From an uncultured delta proteobacterium (GTDB lineage Bacteria > Desulfobacterota > Binatia > UBA9968): a stretch of 64,000 bases of DNA. The notes below the pieces were generated by a model. The model saw only the letters and a program-made list of their open reading frames with translations. It had not been told where the DNA came from and did no database searches. The stretch lies in assembly GCA_963727625.1 (NCBI GenBank), contig CAVSHR010000002.1, positions 1 through 64,000 on the forward strand, read 5' to 3'. How positions within the stretch are numbered: position 1 is the first letter of the stretch; each line of letters starts with the position of its first letter. Position numbers and translations under genes: made by a program. Positions 59,860 through 64,000 of the stretch are shown piece after piece.

Positions 59860-60405
59860 CGCCAGGGCCGGCACTCCGTTGATTTCACCCGATCGATCTT
59901 CGGCCGTCCAGTTATTTGGCGCCGCTCAACATGTCCTGCCAGCGGTCCATTCCCTGCCGACCCATGGTCGGCAATTTTTTCGTTTGACGTAAGCGACCGT
60001 TGCGAGCTAAAAGGCGACCCATTGCCGCGCGATGGTGTTTTGACGCGCCAAAGAATTCAAATCGGGAGAGGAGTTTTGTCCTGAACCGCTGGACATGTGA
60101 ACAAGGGGTCATTAGCAGCGTGCTTAATTGGCGACTCAGTGGCCATCGTTTCATGGCAAGTGTAGGTTGAGGTGAAAATAAGCCATTGTCCGTAACCCGC
60201 TTGACCGAAAGAGTTCTCGAAGTAGGATACGCCGCAGGCTGGTAGCACCGATGACGCGAGGTCGATCATGACCGACAGTGATGAAGTGAGTGCAGGTTCC
60301 GTTTGGCACACGATGTCTAAAGTCGTTCTCGGCGCAGAGATCTCTATGACTTGATCTAAATGTCGCAATTTCTCGACTTGGCTCGAAAGCGAAAGGAGCA
60401 GTCCA

Positions 60406-61389
60406 ATGAATTACAAAAAAACCATGCGTGGCTTTTTGATCGGCTTATGGCTGTCGCTCTGCGCAGCGCAATCCGTCGGGGCGGCTGAAACCATCCGCGT
60501 CGCGTATCCGTCGCTGAACACTTCGGTCTTCTGCATTATCATTGCCGATAAAGAAGGCTATCTCAAAGAAGAAGGTTTCGACGTGCAACTGCTGAGCATT
60601 CGCGGCGAGATCGCGATCCGGACGGCGCTCGCGGGCGAGATCGACTACTTTACGAATGCCGGCAGCGCGCTCGCGGCGGCGGTTAGAAACGTGCCGGTTA
60701 AAATATTAACCGTCTTTCAGGACCGGCCGGCCTGGGACCTGATCGCCCAACCGAACATCAAGTCGATAGAACAGCTTCGCGGAGGCAACATCGGCATCAT
60801 GTCCCCCGAAGGTTCCCTTGCCGTGGTGGCGAGAGAAATGCTGCGGAAGCACGGCCTGGACCCGGCCAAAGATGTCAATCTCATCGTCATGGGAGGCGAT
60901 TCCGTCCGCTTTCCCGCTTTACAGACCAAATCCATCGAGGCGACTCTATTTAACACTTCAATGAGTATCGCAGCGCAGAAAGAAGGCTTTGCCAAGCTCG
61001 CAAACGCGGGTGATTACGCGACGCTCATCCAAGGCGGCATCGCGGCATCGACTGCAAAGGTCAATGAAAATCCGAAAAAACACGCGCGGTTCATTCGCGC
61101 GAGCTTGAAAGGGCTGCACTTTTTTTTGGACAAAAGAGAGCCGGCAATCAAGTACATGATGGATGCGCTCAAGATGAAGGATCGCGCCCTGGCCAATCAG
61201 ATCTACGATATTGAATCCAAGCTTTTGCTGCGCGATGGCTATAGTGACGACAAAGTTCTCCGGGGTATGATCGACGCGATGAAAAAGACCACAAAAGTGA
61301 AGCGTGACATCAAAGTGAGCGATATTTTCGAGTTGAGCTTTATCAAAAACGCAGCCGAAGAGCTCAATGCGAGCGGCTGGAAGCCATAG
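60406..61389 (+). CDS. NitT/TauT ABC substrate-binding protein
   Basis: Signal peptide; IADKEGY.KEEG, GLDP.KDV; RBS AGGAG. Confidence 0.87.
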   Translation: MNYKKTMRGFLIGLWLSLCAAQSVGAAETIRVAYPSLNTSVFCIIIADKEGYLKEEGFDVQLLSIRGEIAIRTALAGEIDYFTNAGSALAAAVRNVPVKILTVFQDRPAWDLIAQPNIKSIEQLRGGNIGIMSPEGSLAVVAREMLRKHGLDPAKDVNLIVMGGDSVRFPALQTKSIEATLFNTSMSIAAQKEGFAKLANAGDYATLIQGGIAASTAKVNENPKKHARFIRASLKGLHFFLDKREPAIKYMMDALKMKDRALANQIYDIESKLLLRDGYSDDKVLRGMIDAMKKTTKVKRDIKVSDIFELSFIKNAAEELNASGWKP

Positions 61390-61720
61390 CGCTTACAACC
61401 CAACAAAAAATTTGGGTATCGGTGCGCCCCTGGCGCGGCGAATTATTTCGAGGATATGAACGCGGGATCGGCGTAGGTGTCCCAAGGCCCGCGTCCGGGA
61501 ATCCTTGAATGTTTGATCTTGTCGGAGCAGTTGAGCAAAACTCTGCTACCGGCCTCGACGGATCTAAAATTATACGGTGGCGTTTCGGCTAAGGAAGCCG
61601 CGACCCGGCCCCGAATCCACGGCTTGAAATCTTTCCAGGCTGCCGCTGACAAAGAGCAGCGGTAGGCCGATGGCGGAATGCCGCCGCGGCGTTGCATGGC
61701 ATCGTTAAAGATCGTCGTGG

Positions 61721-62809
61721 TCATTTTTCTTCGTATTCCTTGAGCGCATCCCAGCGCGGTTCCAGGCCGAGGCCTGGCGTCTCCGGCAGGGTAACCCAAC
61801 CATGATCGGGGGCGGGCGGCTCCTTGTAGATCTTGTCGCCGACGCCCCACATTTCAAAATGGAACTCGACGCGCCAGCCATTGGCCATGGCCGCCTGCAG
61901 GTGCATGTTGTGGTGCGGCCAGCCGCCGCCGTTGGCGATCGGCAAATTGAACGCCTGCGCCAGCGCCGCTACTTTCACCGCTTCGGTGTAGCCGCCCACC
62001 GAACAGACGTTGGGCTGGGCAATGTCGATGGCGCGGTTGACGATCAGCTCGCGGTGGCGGAAACGGTGTCCTTCGTTTTGCCCGGCCGCAAGCGGGATCG
62101 AAGTGTGGCGGCGCAGGTCAGCGAGCAGCACGGCGTCGTTTTGAAAGACCGGTTCTTCGAACCAGGTGATCCGGCAGGGCTCGACCAGCTTGCATAGCTC
62201 CAACGCGCGGTTGAACGAAAAAAGATAGTTGGCATCGATCATCAGCTCGACGTCGTCGCTGACCGCGTCGCGCACCGCGTGGACGCGGTCGGCATCGACT
62301 TTTGGATTCTCGGGGTCCACGGCGACGACCATCTTGAGCCGCTTCTCGCCCTGCGCGACCAATTGCACCGCGACCTCGACGAGCTGCTCTTTGCTGTACT
62401 GCTTGAGGCCGAACGTGACGTACGCCGGCACCGGGTTCTGGGCGCCGCCGAGCAAACGCCAGACCGGCTCTTGGTAGTGCTTACCTTTGATGTCCCAGAG
62501 CGCGATATCGATTGCACTCACCGCCGAGCTCCACATACCGGTCTGGGCGCGCGGATTGAACTGCTTGTAGAGCTGGTTCCAGATGCGCTCGGTCTCGAGC
62601 GGGCTCTTGCCGCGCAGAAAAGGCGCGACTTCACGATTGATAAATTCTTTAATGCCGAAGCGCTGCGAGCCGCGGGTAAGGCCGTAGCCGGTGATGCCTT
62701 CGTCGGTCTCGACCCTGGTAAACACGACCGCGGTGTGGATCGGCTCTTTGAGCAACGGCACCGAAACCGGGATGCGATGCAGCGTTGCGTTCACATCGGT
62801 AATTTTCAG
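61721..62809 (-). CDS. mandelate racemase/muconate lactonizing enzyme family protein (probable CTG start)
   Basis: AIDIALWDIKGK, KRLK, MIDAN, WFEEP; GGAGGT-N5-CTG gives MKITDV. Confidence 0.9.
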   Translation of the reverse strand: MKITDVNATLHRIPVSVPLLKEPIHTAVVFTRVETDEGITGYGLTRGSQRFGIKEFINREVAPFLRGKSPLETERIWNQLYKQFNPRAQTGMWSSAVSAIDIALWDIKGKHYQEPVWRLLGGAQNPVPAYVTFGLKQYSKEQLVEVAVQLVAQGEKRLKMVVAVDPENPKVDADRVHAVRDAVSDDVELMIDANYLFSFNRALELCKLVEPCRITWFEEPVFQNDAVLLADLRRHTSIPLAAGQNEGHRFRHRELIVNRAIDIAQPNVCSVGGYTEAVKVAALAQAFNLPIANGGGWPHHNMHLQAAMANGWRVEFHFEMWGVGDKIYKEPPAPDHGWVTLPETPGLGLEPRWDALKEYEEK

Positions 62810-62936
62810 TTGACACCTCCAATTCTGCTGGCGATGACTGTTAGCTTAGATCGTCGAATCAAGTCAAACTATTTTAATCTATCTCCAATTGACATCGCCT
62901 GCGTCGGGACCTAGCCTTTAGACGTTAGGATTAGAC

Positions 62937-63520
62937 ATGGTCAGGCAGCTCATCGCATTTTTTCTGACAGGGCTGCTCGCCGGGTGCGCTTCGTTTCAAG
63001 TCGGCGGGGATTTCCAGAGCGGGCGGCAAGCGTTGTTGCGCATTCAATCGGAGCAGGCGCTGCCATATTTCCTTGAAGCAGGGAAAAAGGAACCCGACTA
63101 TGTCTATGAGTCGATGTATTTTCGCGAGGGCATCTGGACCTACGTCGGACGTACCGAGTATGCCGTGGGAAAACTAAAGGAAGCTCAGCAATCGCTCGAG
63201 CGGGCGCTGGCCAAGGACAAAGACGACAACATGGCGCGGCTCTATCTCGGCCTTACGTTGATGGGCAGCGGTGAGCATGAGCGCGGTTTACCGGAGCTGA
63301 AACCGCCATGGCCGGCCTCCACGACTGGCTCGAATACATCGAGCGCGCCCGGCCCTTCGAAGCCTATTGGGGCCTTACCCGCGAAATTCGCGGCGCTATC
63401 GAAAAGGATCTCGAAAAGCTCAAAGCTAAAGATCTCGATCGCGAAGAATTGATTGCTGACCCCGAGTGGCTCGGTAAGCAGATGGAAGAAGAAATTGACC
63501 GCGCGCGCCGGGATGAGTGA
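62937..63520 (+). pseudogene. TPR lipoprotein, frameshifted near 63300
   Basis: LAGC lipobox and TPR-like helices; continues in another frame as AMAGLHDWLEY..EEIDRARRDE. Confidence 0.65.
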
Positions 63521-63958
63521 CGGGGCTACGAACAAGATTTTGACCCCAGGGGTGGTCTCTCAGTCGGCGCGAGGATTGGATTCCAGAGCTGCTGCCGGCC
63601 ACCCACGGGGATTTTGAAAATTGATATCTTGCGATTCAAAGCCGCCATCGGGGGTGTTCAACTTCGAACGTTGTGGCGCGATCTGTTAACCAAGCCTCGG
63701 CATTTTGCATGATCGAGCCGCGTGCCTAATGCCGGTTTGACTGTATTTCCCTGCGCTGACTAGAGATTTTCGCCCACACTGAAAATCGAACGGCACCGGC
63801 TCAATGAGCCGCGCTGGCGGTATGGGTTAAAAGAGATGTGTGGGATCATTCGAGAAAAAGACTAAAAGTCCGTATAAATCATAAGCGGTGTCGAAATTGA
63901 CCAGAAGCTCCATACCAATCAGTGAGCCAGCCGCCAATCGGCATTATCCGGGAGATTT

Positions 63959-63975
63959 CTGGCACCCGCATTGCT
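63959..63975 (+). promoter_or_regulatory. sigma54 -24/-12 promoter for a gene beyond the window
   Basis: CTGGCACCCGCATTGCT, exact GG-N10-GC consensus. Confidence 0.65.
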
Positions 63976-64000
63976 TGTGATTGATATGATTTTGCTCCAG

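Noticed and set aside
60302-60320. TTTGGCACACGATGTCT as a sigma54 promoter
   Set aside because: Lacks the -12 GC at the required spacing
59860-60405. Long intergenic region as a riboswitch or ncRNA
   Set aside because: No recognisable aptamer consensus by eye; would need an Rfam search
61443-61720. Possible small gene remnant downstream of the racemase
   Set aside because: No intact frame with a start codon and recognisable motif
63518-63520. TGA followed by a plausible in-frame tail (RGYEQDFDPRGGLSVGARIGF) as a third Sec codon
   Set aside because: No redox motif and no clear SECIS; the gene is already frameshifted, so a nonsense mutation or true stop is more likely

Overview
GC-rich bacterial chromosome segment. 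The many NitT/TauT substrate-binding proteins, Bug/TctC remnant, LLM, amidohydrolase and molybdoenzyme suggest a Binatota/Deltaproteobacteria-like soil or sediment bacterium (inference only). The first ~8.7 kb is an accessory mosaic. It holds a lower-GC HEPN-like + P-loop ATPase pair (possible defence module) and an IS110-family recombinase with a structured downstream non-coding end. It also holds RAYT-like remnants, two Cys-rich exported proteins, a two-HKD phospholipase D, and three copies of one gene 3' end. The rest is mostly housekeeping and metabolic genes (purM, purN, mgtE, degP-like, tatA, typA, htpX, ABC transporters, redox/catabolic cluster). The best-supported hidden features, all missed by the ORF track, are: (1) a tRNA-Asn(GUU) split by a 261-nt group I intron between anticodon positions 35 and 36; (2) two probable selenoproteins with in-frame TGA in UxxC/CxxU motifs, each followed by a SECIS-like hairpin; (3) a probable CTG start codon. 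Family assignments come from motif recognition only; no searches were run.
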